In this document: in pieces, positions 1 through 10,036 of the stretch
Numbering within the stretch: the first letter of the stretch is position 1
Layout of the letters: the number at the start of each line of letters is the position of its first letter
From: Planctomycetia bacterium
GTDB lineage: Bacteria; Planctomycetota; Planctomycetia; Pirellulales; JACPPG01
NCBI GenBank assembly: GCA_016191115.1
Contig: JACPPG010000035.1
Span: 2,681 to 66,680 of the forward strand
Length of the DNA stretch: 64,000 nt
Direction: 5' to 3'
Notes under the pieces: model-generated
What the model was told of the DNA's origin: nothing
Databases searched by the model: none
The model's input: the letters and a program-made list of their open reading frames with translations, nothing else
Translations under genes and position numbers: made by a program

Positions 1-130
1 ATCGTGTAACGTAATAAGTTGAGGCGATAGGGTCGCTCTGGGCCCATTCGGAGCCCGGCATGCGACCCGCATTGTCTCGCACCTCCGCGCCTGCATTCGC
101 GCGCCGGACAAACTACGGAGCGGACGGAAC

Positions 131-1822
131 ATGGCCGACCCACGAGCGGCCAACGAGGGCCCTGGCGTCGCGACGCATCAGGCTGCGCCCCCGCCGTCGG
201 CTACCGCCGCCAATGGCTCCGTGGCCACGGCCGCGCCTGAGCCGGCCAAGGGCGCCGCTCGTTCGCCGTCCGCATCCGCCCAAACAGCCACGGCCGCTTC
301 CGCAAAGGCACCATCGCCGGAACGGCCTGAGGGGGAGGATCTGGCCCCCTTCGCCGCGCTCAACTGGCTCAAGCTGGTGCCAAGCTGGCTGGGCAGCCTG
401 CTCATCCACATGTCGCTCTTGCTCATGCTGGCCCTGGTGGTCCAGCGGCCTGCGATCCGCGAGAAGTTCACCGATCTGATCGCCACCGGCGCCGACAGCT
501 TGAGCGCCAACGCGGACCTCGACGAGATGACGCCCGAGCTGGGCGACGGCGGCGCCGAGTTCGATCAGCCGGAAGGCATGGTCGAGGCGTTGAGCCTTTC
601 GGATGAGGCGAACGGCCGCGAGATCACTTCTCTCAACGACATGCCCGCCCCGGCAGGCACGGCGGTCGACGTCGGCAGTGCGATCGGACTCGAGGGCGTG
701 CCCGTCAGCGATCTATTGAAGCACGTCGACGGCGGCGGCGGCGTCATCGGCGGCGCCGGCTTCGACGGGCGCGGGGACGCCGCGAAAAAATTGCTGGTGC
801 AGGCCCGCGGCGGCTCGGAGGGGAGCGAGAATGCCGTTGGCCTGGCGCTCGCATGGATCGCGGCGCATCAGCGTTCCGACGGTGGCTGGAGCTTCGACCA
901 TCGCGCCGGCGCCTGCCAGGGGCGGTGCGGCAATCCGGGACGCATGGAACACGCTGAAATCGCCGCCACGGCCATGGCCCTGTTGCCATTCCTGGGCGCC
1001 GGCCAGACCCACCTCGACGGCAAATACAAGCGAAACGTGCAGGCCGGACTGTACTTCCTCATCAATCGCATGAAGGTCGGACCCAACGGCGGAGACATGT
1101 CGTACGAGTCGGGCACGATGTACGGCCACGGGCTGGCCTCGATCGCGCTGTGCGAGGCGTACGGCATGACGCGCGATCAGGCCCTGGCGGTGCCGGCCCA
1201 GCAGGCGGTCGATTTCATCGTCTATGCGCAAGACCCCATCGGCGGCGGCTGGCGGTACGCGCCGCGGCAGCCGGGCGACACCTCGGTCGTCGGCTGGCAG
1301 TTGATGGCCTTGAAGAGTGCCCACATGGCCTATCTGCGCGTTCCGCCGCAGACGATCAAGGGGATCTCGAACTTTCTGAACACGGTGCAAATGGACAGCG
1401 GCGCGGCCTACGGCTACACCGATCCGGGCCGGGGCGCCGCGACAACCGCCATCGGGCTTTTGTGCCGCATGCACCTGGGCTGGAAGCACGACGAGCCGGC
1501 GCTCGAGCGGGGCGTGCAGTTCTTGAGCGCGGCCGGCCCCTCGACGACCAACATGTACTACAACTACTACGCCACGCAGGTCCTGCATCATTTCGAAGGG
1601 GAGCAATGGACCAAGTGGAACAACAAGATGCGCGACTTCCTGGTGAACGCTCAGTCGCGCAAAGGGCACGAAAAGGGGAGCTGGTACTTGGGGGGCGACC
1701 ATGCGTCGGAGCAGGGAGGCCGGCTCTATACCACGTCGATGGCCACCATGACCCTCGAAGTGTATTACCGGCACCTGCCCATCTACCGCAAGGAAAGCAC
1801 CGTGCAGGAGTTCGACGAGTAG
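131..1822 (+). CDS. Prenyltransferase/squalene oxidase repeat (terpene cyclase-like alpha-barrel) membrane protein
   Basis: Single TM (SLLIHMSLLLMLALV); repeated QW-like motifs (HQRSDGGWSF, AQDPIGGGWRY, GDTSVVGWQLMALKS); C-terminal GGRLYTT..LEVYYRHLPIY typical of planctomycete homologs. Confidence 0.85.
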   Translation: MADPRAANEGPGVATHQAAPPPSATAANGSVATAAPEPAKGAARSPSASAQTATAASAKAPSPERPEGEDLAPFAALNWLKLVPSWLGSLLIHMSLLLMLALVVQRPAIREKFTDLIATGADSLSANADLDEMTPELGDGGAEFDQPEGMVEALSLSDEANGREITSLNDMPAPAGTAVDVGSAIGLEGVPVSDLLKHVDGGGGVIGGAGFDGRGDAAKKLLVQARGGSEGSENAVGLALAWIAAHQRSDGGWSFDHRAGACQGRCGNPGRMEHAEIAATAMALLPFLGAGQTHLDGKYKRNVQAGLYFLINRMKVGPNGGDMSYESGTMYGHGLASIALCEAYGMTRDQALAVPAQQAVDFIVYAQDPIGGGWRYAPRQPGDTSVVGWQLMALKSAHMAYLRVPPQTIKGISNFLNTVQMDSGAAYGYTDPGRGAATTAIGLLCRMHLGWKHDEPALERGVQFLSAAGPSTTNMYYNYYATQVLHHFEGEQWTKWNNKMRDFLVNAQSRKGHEKGSWYLGGDHASEQGGRLYTTSMATMTLEVYYRHLPIYRKESTVQEFDE

Positions 1823-1857
1823 GCGCGGTGGTGCTCGGACGTGTCGCGGGGTGAGCA

Positions 1858-3447
1858 ATGATGCGGATCGGACTACCGCTAAGCGCAGGCGTTCTGGTCG
1901 TTCTCGGGCTGTGCCTACAGCGGCCGCAGCCGGGGCGCGCGCAATCGCCGAATCCCGCGGGCGCGGGAGCGACCCGCGACGCCGTGCGCATGGCCGAGCG
2001 GATCGACGAGTGCTTGGCCGCGTCCTGGGCTGCTGAAGGAGTCGAGCCTGCTCCGGCCGCCGACGATGCGGAATTCATGCGCCGCGTGTATCTCGATCTG
2101 GTGGGCGTGATCCCGACGGTGGCCGAGGCCCGTTCGTTTCTTGACGATGCCGACACGACGAAACGACGAAAGCTGATCGATCGCTTGCTCGGCTCGCACC
2201 TGCGCGTCGAGCACCTGGCCACCACCTGGCGCAACATGCTGGTGCCCCGCGGCAGCGCGGTGGACGGCGTCGACGGCATGGCCGGTTTGCAGAACTGGCT
2301 GCGGGCGCAGTTCGCCAAGAACGCGCGGTACGACCAGATGGTCGCCGACTTGATGGTCGCGACCGGCGCGGCGCAGGACGGGCCGGGGCTGTTCTACACG
2401 GCCTTCGATCTCAAGCCCGAAGAGCTGGCCGCCAACACGGCGCGGGTGTTCCTCGGCATCCAGATCGAGTGTGCCCAGTGCCACGACCATCCGTTCGACC
2501 GCTGGACGCAGCGCGACTTTTGGGGTTACGCGGCGTTTTTCGCGCGGCTGGCCCGGCCCAACGCCAACGAGCCGGGGCGCACGATGCGGCTGGTGGATCG
2601 CCCGACCGGCGAAGTGATGCTCCCCAACACGCAGAACGTGGTGCTTCCGAAATACCCGCGCGGCGACGAATCCGACACGCGGGAGACGGGCACGCGGCGG
2701 ATGCAGCTTGGCATCTGGATGGTCTCGCGCGATAACCCGTTCGTGCACCGGGCGGCGGTGAACCGCGTGTGGGCGCTATTGTTCGGCCGCGGGCTGGTTG
2801 AGCCAGTCGACGACTTGGGCGACCACAACCGGCCCAGCCATCCGCAACTGTTCGATGAGCTGGCCGCTTACTTTGCCGACACGGACTACGACCTGCGCCA
2901 TCTGCTGCGGACACTGACATTGACCAAGGCATACCAGCTCACCAGCCAAGTGACCGATGACGATAGCCCTAGGCCGGAGCTATTTGCGCGGATGCCGGTC
3001 AAGGCACTTTCGGCCGAGCAGCTTTATGACTGCCTGGTGCGCGCGGGACTGCTGGGATCGGCGAAGAGCGAAGATCGACGGTCCGGTTCGTTCGACGTCG
3101 GCCGACAAGCGTTCGTCGCCAAGATGCAGTCGCAGGCGCGCTCACGACTGGACTACGACGCAGGCGTCGCCCAGGTCCTGTTGCTGGTGAACGGGCCGGA
3201 GGTCGCGGCCTCGACGGGCGCTGCGGCCAGCGGCTTGCTGGCCGCGCTTGAGGCGCCCGTCTTCTCTCCCCCGGAGCGGATCGAGATCGTTTTTCTGGCC
3301 ACCGTGTCACGGCGGCCCAGCGCGGAAGAGATGGCCCGCTGTGTTGCGCATCTGGCGCAGGGCGAGTCGGCCGATGCAGCACGGGAGGCGCTGGCCGACA
3401 TCCTGTGGGCGCTCGTGAATAGCGCGGAGTTCTCGCTGAACCACTGA
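1858..3447 (+). CDS. DUF1549/DUF1553 domain protein
   Basis: DDAEFMRRVYLDLVGVIPT, CAQCHDHPFD, VNRVWALLFGRGLVEPVDD and WALVNSAEF motifs; signal peptide. Confidence 0.9.
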   Translation: MMRIGLPLSAGVLVVLGLCLQRPQPGRAQSPNPAGAGATRDAVRMAERIDECLAASWAAEGVEPAPAADDAEFMRRVYLDLVGVIPTVAEARSFLDDADTTKRRKLIDRLLGSHLRVEHLATTWRNMLVPRGSAVDGVDGMAGLQNWLRAQFAKNARYDQMVADLMVATGAAQDGPGLFYTAFDLKPEELAANTARVFLGIQIECAQCHDHPFDRWTQRDFWGYAAFFARLARPNANEPGRTMRLVDRPTGEVMLPNTQNVVLPKYPRGDESDTRETGTRRMQLGIWMVSRDNPFVHRAAVNRVWALLFGRGLVEPVDDLGDHNRPSHPQLFDELAAYFADTDYDLRHLLRTLTLTKAYQLTSQVTDDDSPRPELFARMPVKALSAEQLYDCLVRAGLLGSAKSEDRRSGSFDVGRQAFVAKMQSQARSRLDYDAGVAQVLLLVNGPEVAASTGAAASGLLAALEAPVFSPPERIEIVFLATVSRRPSAEEMARCVAHLAQGESADAAREALADILWALVNSAEFSLNH

Positions 3448-3490
3448 CGGCTTTGTCAAACGGACCGCAGGAACCGTTGAGGGAGAGCGG

Positions 3491-3727
3491 ATGAATAGCT
3501 TCGCGTCGTTCGATCGCGTGAGGATCGCCTATCACGACGAGGGGACTGGCCCGCCCGTCATCCTTTTGCACGGCTTTGGGCTGGACGGCCGGACGAAGTT
3601 CGGGCATTTCGACGAATCGCGCCCCGTGCTGGAAAAGACGCTGGCACTGTTTCGCGAGGAGATGGGATTCGCGCCGCCCCGCGTCTTTCGAGCCTTCCGT
3701 GCAAGCGGGGCACTGATTGCTTATTGA
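3491..3727 (+). pseudogene. N-terminal fragment of an alpha/beta hydrolase
   Basis: RIAYHDEGTGPPVILLHGFG is a typical hydrolase N-terminus, but the ORF is only 78 aa and lacks the GxSxG nucleophile motif. Confidence 0.7.
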
Positions 3728-3758
3728 ATAGCGCAGCGATTTTGGACGAGGAACGTCG

Positions 3759-5126
3759 ATGTCACCAATGTTGTTGAACATGTTGCGCGAGCCCTTGCAC
3801 CGTCGCCGGTTTTTCCGTTCGGCCGCCGCGGCTGTCGCCGGCTATAGCGCCTGCGGCTGGCTGCCGTCGCTCGCCCGGGCGCTAGCCACGGATAGCAAGC
3901 GCCGCCGGCAGTGCATCCTTTTGTGGATGAACGGCGGGCCGAGCCAATTGGACACCTTTGATTTGAAGCCGGGGCACGCCAACGGTGGCGAATTCCACGA
4001 GATCGAGACGAGCGCACCCGGCCTGCGGATCAGCGAGCACCTCCCCAAGCTCGCCGCGCACGGCGACCGGCTGGCGATCCTTCGGGGCCTCAGCACCAAG
4101 GAAGGCGACCACGGCCGTGGCACGTACCTGGTCCGCACCGGCCATCAGCCGGGCGGGCCCGTGAGCTATCCCGCCATCGGCGCGGCGCTCGCCAAGGAGT
4201 TGGGCAACGAGGAAGCCGAGCTTCCCAACTACATCAGCATCGCCCCTTACCAGGCCTTTAACCAGATGGCCTACGGGCCGGGCTTCCTCGGGCCAAAATT
4301 CGCCGCCGCGGCGGTCGATGCCAAGCGCGACTACGGCACCACCGGGGGCGACGGATCGGCATCGGCAGGCGAGTACGCCGATTTGCGGATCGACAATCTG
4401 CTGCCGGCCGGCGACGCCACGCAGCGGGTTGCCTCGCGCGTGGGGCTGTGGGAAGGCTTTGAGGGGGATTTCCTCCGCTCGCATCGGACCGGGACCCCCA
4501 TCGCCCACCAGACGGTTTACAACCGGGCGCTGCGGATGATGCGCAGCCCGGCCGCCGCGGCCTTCGACCTGTCGTCCGAGCCGGCCACGGTCCGCGACGC
4601 ATACGGCCGCGGCGTGTTCGGCCAGGGTTGCCTGATGGCGCGGCGGTTAATCGAGCACGGCGTGCCTTTTGTGGAGGTCAGCCTGGGCGACTTCACCCGG
4701 CCGACCGGCAACTGGGACACGCATCAAAGCAATTTCGCCACCGTCAAAGCGCTTTCGGCGGAGCTGGACGCGGGCTGGGGGACGCTCATCGAGGAACTCA
4801 AGGAGCGCGGACTCCTGGATACCACGACCATCATCTGGATGGGCGAGTTCGGACGCACACCGGTCATCAACGCGATGGGTGGGCGCGACCACTTTCCGGG
4901 CGCCTGGACGACCGTGCTGGCCGGTGGCGGGGTCCGCGGCGGCCAGGCGCACGGCCGCACGAGTGAGGACGGCACGACGGTCGAGGATGGCAAGGTCGCG
5001 ATCGGCGACGTGCTGGCCACGCTCTCGCGCGCGCTGGGCGTCGATCCCGACCAGAAGAACGTCTCCGAACAGGGTCGCCCGATCCGCGTCGCCGAGGGAG
5101 TGCCGATCCGTGAAGTCCTGGCGTAG
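3759..5126 (+). CDS. DUF1501 domain protein (Tat-type signal)
   Basis: RRRFF signal; LWMNGGPSQLDTFDLKP, GCLMARRLIEHGVPFVEV, WDTH and GEFGRTP..GRDHF motifs. Confidence 0.92.
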   Translation: MSPMLLNMLREPLHRRRFFRSAAAAVAGYSACGWLPSLARALATDSKRRRQCILLWMNGGPSQLDTFDLKPGHANGGEFHEIETSAPGLRISEHLPKLAAHGDRLAILRGLSTKEGDHGRGTYLVRTGHQPGGPVSYPAIGAALAKELGNEEAELPNYISIAPYQAFNQMAYGPGFLGPKFAAAAVDAKRDYGTTGGDGSASAGEYADLRIDNLLPAGDATQRVASRVGLWEGFEGDFLRSHRTGTPIAHQTVYNRALRMMRSPAAAAFDLSSEPATVRDAYGRGVFGQGCLMARRLIEHGVPFVEVSLGDFTRPTGNWDTHQSNFATVKALSAELDAGWGTLIEELKERGLLDTTTIIWMGEFGRTPVINAMGGRDHFPGAWTTVLAGGGVRGGQAHGRTSEDGTTVEDGKVAIGDVLATLSRALGVDPDQKNVSEQGRPIRVAEGVPIREVLA

Positions 5127-7020
5127 TCTGTCGAGCGGGTCGGGGCGCGGCAGCGCGCATCCCCACGCGGGCGTGGGCATGGCACCCGACGCGCTGTTGC
5201 CCCTGGCCCTGATGTGCGCGTTGACATTCGCGTCGGGATGCGGGAGATCGGCTGACCAGCGAGGCGCGGCACCGGGTGAGTCCGCTCATGCCGCCGCGCC
5301 ATCGACCGCGGCCGTGGATGCGCAGGGTGGTGCAAATTCACCCGGTCCAGATAGCGCTACCGATAGCGCAAGTTCCGAGACCTCCGGGATAAACCCGGAG
5401 GCTCGCGACACGGCGTCAAAGCCCGAGGAAGAGGAGGCGGCGCCGCCGGAGCCTGCGCCGCGCGAGCGCTTCGTGGTCTTTACGCCACGCGGCCCGCTTG
5501 TTTGCGAGGCGACGCTTTCGATCGACGGCCGGCCGCACACGCGCGCTCTGGAACGGTTGGTCGACAAGGCCATGCAGGCGGCACAGCCCGACGGCGAGGG
5601 CACGGCCGCGTGGCGCAAGGTAGTCGCCAGCCCGCGGTTTCGCTATGGGCAGTTCGGCAACGTCACGATCAAGACGGACGAGGACCGGCGTCGGGCGGTG
5701 CTGCGCTACGACCGCAACCGCGACGATCGCGTGGACCGCGACGAGATGCGGCGTTTTCTCGCGCGCGATTCCGGGGGCGGCGGTGCGCTTGTCATCCATG
5801 CCGACGATCCCTATCGGGATGCCAACATTGCCAATGCGGCGACGTGGCAACTGCTCGACGAGAATCACGACCAGCGTCTGTCGGCCGAGGAGCTTGCAGC
5901 GGCCGCCGACCGGCTGCGAAGTCGCGACGCGCTGGATGACGACGTGATCGTGGCTGGTGAATTGGACGTGATTTCCACGGCCCCGCCCGAGCAGGAGCGG
6001 CGCCGAACGCTGCACGTGGCCGTGGCGCACGCGCTTGCGCGCGACACGGCGTGGAACGCCCTGGAGTCGATCGTCAAGGAGCTTTACCCTGGAGACGTCC
6101 GGCAACCGGCCGATGGACGGCCGTGGTTGACCAACCTGCTCGCCGGGCTTGACGCTAACGACAATGGTTCGCTTTCGGCGAAGGAACTAATGGCGCTAGC
6201 GGACTGCGAGGCGAATGTGACGCTGCAGGCGTCGTTGGGCCGCGATGCGAGTGGCTCGCCAGGCTCGCCCGCGCTTTCGGTTCCTTCGGAGGGTCTGCGG
6301 GGGATTGGCCCGCCCGCCGCGCTACGGACCGGGAATGACCTGGTGTGCCTGGACGTGCCGGGTCTGATCGTGGAGTTCTCTGTAGCGGACCGGGCCGCGA
6401 CGATGGAAGATGCAACCGCGATGGCGGCCAACCAATTCAAGCAGTTCGACAAGGACGCCAACGGCTATCTTGACCGGGACGAGTTTCGACTCACGGGCCA
6501 GGCCGGCGGCGTACTCGACGGACTGGATACCGACGGCGACGGGAAGCTCTATCCCAACGAACTGGCCGACTTTCTCGAAAACGAGCGGGCCGCGGCGCTC
6601 GCTTTGATTCACGTCGACGTGGGCCGGCTCGCGGACGCCCTGTTTGCGGCGCTCGACGCGAACGGCGATGGGCGCCTGGGCTCGCGGGAAATCGCCGGCG
6701 CCGCCGCGCGCCTCGAATCGTTCGACGCCGACGGCGATGGCCAGGTCAGCCCCGAGGAAATACCCGACTGCATGACGGTGCAACTGGTGCGGGAGCGGCG
6801 GAGCGCCGATCAACCGAACATGCCACGGGCGGCCCGGCAGACACGCACGCTCCCGCGCAGCGGTCCGATCTGGTTCCAGCGAATGGACACTAACGGGGAC
6901 GGCGATGTCGGGCCCGGTGAGTTTTTGGGCACTACCGAGCAATTTCGCAAGCTCGACGCCGATGGCGACGGCTTTATCGCGGCCGACGAAGCCGAGCGGG
7001 CCGCGGGCGCGGCGCACTAG
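5110..7020 (+). CDS. EF-hand repeat lipoprotein (start uncertain: GTG 5110 or ATG 5179)
   Basis: Lipobox FASGC; many DxN/DxDG EF-hand loops (DANDNGSLS, DKDANGYLD, DTDGDGKLY, DANGDGRLG, WFQRMDTNGDGDV). The ORF-track 5' extension overlaps the DUF1501 gene. Confidence 0.8.
   Translation: MKSWRSLSSGSGRGSAHPHAGVGMAPDALLPLALMCALTFASGCGRSADQRGAAPGESAHAAAPSTAAVDAQGGANSPGPDSATDSASSETSGINPEARDTASKPEEEEAAPPEPAPRERFVVFTPRGPLVCEATLSIDGRPHTRALERLVDKAMQAAQPDGEGTAAWRKVVASPRFRYGQFGNVTIKTDEDRRRAVLRYDRNRDDRVDRDEMRRFLARDSGGGGALVIHADDPYRDANIANAATWQLLDENHDQRLSAEELAAAADRLRSRDALDDDVIVAGELDVISTAPPEQERRRTLHVAVAHALARDTAWNALESIVKELYPGDVRQPADGRPWLTNLLAGLDANDNGSLSAKELMALADCEANVTLQASLGRDASGSPGSPALSVPSEGLRGIGPPAALRTGNDLVCLDVPGLIVEFSVADRAATMEDATAMAANQFKQFDKDANGYLDRDEFRLTGQAGGVLDGLDTDGDGKLYPNELADFLENERAAALALIHVDVGRLADALFAALDANGDGRLGSREIAGAAARLESFDADGDGQVSPEEIPDCMTVQLVRERRSADQPNMPRAARQTRTLPRSGPIWFQRMDTNGDGDVGPGEFLGTTEQFRKLDADGDGFIAADEAERAAGAAH
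5157..5186. repeat. Short REP-like palindrome (gcatccccacgcgggcgtgggcatggcacc)
   Basis: cccacgc/gcgtggg hairpin followed by a GGCAC tail, resembling planctomycete REP sequences. Confidence 0.5.
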
Positions 7021-7122
7021 GACTAGGCCCCCGGTGAGCCGCCGCGGCCGCGCGGCGCGCGCCGCGCCGCGGACCGCGACGACTTCATTCCAGCACCATC
7101 TTCGATCGAATCGTTAGCTTCG

Positions 7123-9267
7123 TTACGCGCTGCGGAAAAAATTCTCCAGCGCCGCCAGGTTGAGGTTCATGCCACGGCCACTGGATGTGGTCGTGTTGTT
7201 TCCAAGTGTCGCGTCGCTGGTGTTATCGGTTCGCATCGCCAGCAGTAGCGCATTGGCAACCGATTGCGAGTCGACCTGATCGGCTGCCGCGGTTGGCGCG
7301 CTGGTCGAAGTCAACTGTGTCGCGTTTGTCCGCACGCTGCGCATAACGCCGATGTTCACGCCGGTGAACAGCAAGCCGCCGCGCGTGATGGCGAACGTGC
7401 GACTAGGCTGCGTGCTGCCGTCGGCCATGACCACGGCCACCTGGTATTGGCCGGTCCGCAGTCCGTCTTGCACGTCGAAACGGTAGTTCCCGTGCGAGTC
7501 GGTCTTGTCCGTGGCAATGACATCGCCCTCGTCGGCGTCGATGAGTTGGACCGTTCGCCCCGCCAGCCCCGGTTCGCCGCGGTCGATCCGTCCGTCCCGA
7601 TCGAGATCGGCGTACACGTTGCCGGTCACGGCGGCCGAGAAGAAGAAGGCGTTCGACTGCAGGTTGGTCAGGTCGGTGTTGCGGCGGATGATGTCCGTAA
7701 GCGTCGTGTGCTCGAGCTTGTCCAGCGTCGTCCCGGAGAAGGTCCTCTCGTACCAGTAGCGGTCGCCGTCGCGCAACCGCTCGAACTGGTCGGAGATAAT
7801 CGCCTTCAACGTCGGACCGACGCTTGCGCCGCGCACGTGATCTTCCGCCAGCGCGCCGACCCACAGATCGATGTTGTTGACGCTGCCGTACAGTTGCTTG
7901 AGCTGTGCTTGCACCTCGGGATCGGAAGTGATCTGGGAAAAATCGGTCACCTTCGCCAACCCGTAGGCCTGTCGTACCGAGTTATAGTCGGCCAATCCAT
8001 GGTCGCGGCCGCGCTGAATGTTCAGGCTGGCCAGGTCCAGGCCGCCGGCGCCCGGAGGTCCAAACAGGAAGTTGCGGACGCTGTTGACGATGGTGTTGTC
8101 GATCTCCGAAGCTGGGTCCGACGCCAGGTATTTGAGCACCGGGTCGATGCCGTTGGCGGTGAGCTCCGGCGGATTGAAGAACGCCTGGCTCAACGGAATC
8201 CCATCGGCGACTTCGTTTCCCTGGTTGTCCAGGAACTCGACGTCGTTTCCCAGCATCGTGTGCCCAACCCGGAACGCCGCCGCGGAGAACTCGTTGGCGA
8301 TGCCCGGATTGACCTTCGCGTTGTAGCCGGCATAACGGTCCAGCGCGCCTTGTCCGAGCAGGGCCGGCAGCCACTGGTTGTAGGTGATCGACTGGATTTC
8401 GGCGATCACGATGGCGCGGGCCTTCTGGTAGACCTGCTCGTCGTTGAGCGTGGGATCGCCGGCGGCGATTTTGCCGGCCCAGTAGTTGTGCTCGCGGACG
8501 AACAGCGTTTGCATGGCCGTGAGCTCGATGTTCTCGTTGGCGCGGACGTCGCCGGCCGCGAACAGTTGGCTGTCCGGCACGATGCGCGAATCGTTAGCCA
8601 TCGGTAGGGCTCCACCGGGCAGATAGTCCGTATTGTTGTACGGCAGCATGTCGCCGGCGCTGGTTTTCAGCTTGCCGCCCTGGAGCGTCCGCAGGGCCTT
8701 CGCCGTGGCGGTGTCCGAGCCGTAGACCATCGAGCCGTCCATCCAGGACGTGATCGTGTTGACCTGCTGGCGGGCATTGGTCGTGCCCGTCGCCGGATCG
8801 AACTTGGAGCGGTTCAGCTTGATCGTCTGCGTGCCGATCCCGTTGGGGTCGAACTGGGGATCGCCGGTGGGCACGGCCACGTTGAAGGGCTGGGCGGGGC
8901 TGGCGCCCGTCGTCAAGTCGAGATCGTGATCGATGAACTGCCCCCAGACGTAGATCATCGCCGACAGGTTCCGGTCGTTGATGATGTCCGCGTCTCCCTG
9001 ATCGGCGATCACGTTGCTGATCTCCCGGGCGCTGGGCCGATTGGCGCCGGCCGGCGCGGAAAGTCCGTCGGCATAAGCGGCCGGCGCGGTGCGCAACAAG
9101 TCGGTGCCGGCACTGCCCCAGGTGGGGTGCAAGAGGTTGTTTCCGCTGCCATCGATGCTCCTGGTGGCAAGCACCGACGTCAGGGCGGCCGTCAGGTCGG
9201 TCGCCAACAATGTTCGACTCTCGAGCTCTTCGATCGATAACTTCACATGCTTTTGCTTCGTTCTCAT
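7123..9267 (-). CDS. Secreted animal-type (peroxidase-cyclooxygenase superfamily) heme peroxidase with C-terminal SdrD B-like domain
   Basis: N-terminal IEELESRTLLA (LEPRxLL-type) motif; RSIDGSGNN, WGQFIDHDL, AGDVRANEN, FRVGH and NIQRGRDHGL motifs; tail GNVYADLDRDG..GEPGLAG..TDSHGNYRF. Confidence 0.9.
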   Translation of the reverse strand: MRTKQKHVKLSIEELESRTLLATDLTAALTSVLATRSIDGSGNNLLHPTWGSAGTDLLRTAPAAYADGLSAPAGANRPSAREISNVIADQGDADIINDRNLSAMIYVWGQFIDHDLDLTTGASPAQPFNVAVPTGDPQFDPNGIGTQTIKLNRSKFDPATGTTNARQQVNTITSWMDGSMVYGSDTATAKALRTLQGGKLKTSAGDMLPYNNTDYLPGGALPMANDSRIVPDSQLFAAGDVRANENIELTAMQTLFVREHNYWAGKIAAGDPTLNDEQVYQKARAIVIAEIQSITYNQWLPALLGQGALDRYAGYNAKVNPGIANEFSAAAFRVGHTMLGNDVEFLDNQGNEVADGIPLSQAFFNPPELTANGIDPVLKYLASDPASEIDNTIVNSVRNFLFGPPGAGGLDLASLNIQRGRDHGLADYNSVRQAYGLAKVTDFSQITSDPEVQAQLKQLYGSVNNIDLWVGALAEDHVRGASVGPTLKAIISDQFERLRDGDRYWYERTFSGTTLDKLEHTTLTDIIRRNTDLTNLQSNAFFFSAAVTGNVYADLDRDGRIDRGEPGLAGRTVQLIDADEGDVIATDKTDSHGNYRFDVQDGLRTGQYQVAVVMADGSTQPSRTFAITRGGLLFTGVNIGVMRSVRTNATQLTSTSAPTAAADQVDSQSVANALLLAMRTDNTSDATLGNNTTTSSGRGMNLNLAALENFFRSA

Positions 9268-10036
9268 CGTGGTTCCCTCAACGTTGCGGAACGTGTACAC
9301 ACCCCCGTAAACACGCGCGGACAAAACTGGCTCATCGAGCGAGTCAGGGCGGCGGCGCCGGCCACGTCGACAAAAGCGGCGGCGGCGCTGCTGTGGGCGC
9401 GCGGCCGGGCGCGGACGGTCGCCGGGACTCGCGCGCAAGCGTCAACGGAGCAGAGGTGGTACGGCCAGGGCGCAGAGATGCACACTCGCGCGCTGACCGG
9501 CGAGAAACGACAATCGTCGCCGTCGAGGCGACGTCTCGAGCGCGGCGCAAAGCGCACGCCCGCCCAAGACGGGAGAGCAACACAGATTGCACGCAGGTAC
9601 CGCTGACCGTGACCCAACGGACCAGCCCAGTCCGCGCCGGGTCGCGCTGCCAAGAGCAGCGATTGATCGGCCGACGTTAAGTATTGATGGTATTCGCGGC
9701 GTTGTAAAGAAAAATGTTTGAAACGAAGAGGGTGTATTTAGGGGCAACTGCAACTAATTCTGTTTCGTTCTATGAGGATGCTGTGTGCTGGGCGTTGCTT
9801 CCACAACATGTGAGTTCCGCGCACCGCAAATCGAGAAGCGCGCGAACTATCCAAGGCTTTGTGTGGGAACGTGCAATGGTGCGCTTTGCAGCGGGGCGAC
9901 TCCGCGGACCTTCAGCTTTCGGGGTTCGCCGTCGCTGCCCCCCGGAAGACACCCAGAGTCGCGAGCAGCACCCCCACCGTTGAGCGGTTTTCCCGTGGTG
10001 CGGGGGGTTCGCGAGAACGGCTATAATGGAGGCCAC

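Noticed and set aside
1-35. AT-richer segment atcgtgtaacgtaataagttgaggcgatagg, possibly the end of a mobile element
   Set aside because: Cut by the window edge; no partner repeat is visible, so it cannot be supported.
4669-5109. 5' extension of the EF-hand ORF to 783 aa
   Set aside because: It overlaps the DUF1501 gene out of frame; the lipoprotein signal places the start near 5110-5179.
9270-10030. Small ORFs between the peroxidase and the hybrid kinase
   Set aside because: Overlapping frames lack motifs, SD sites and codon bias; treated as a divergent regulatory region.
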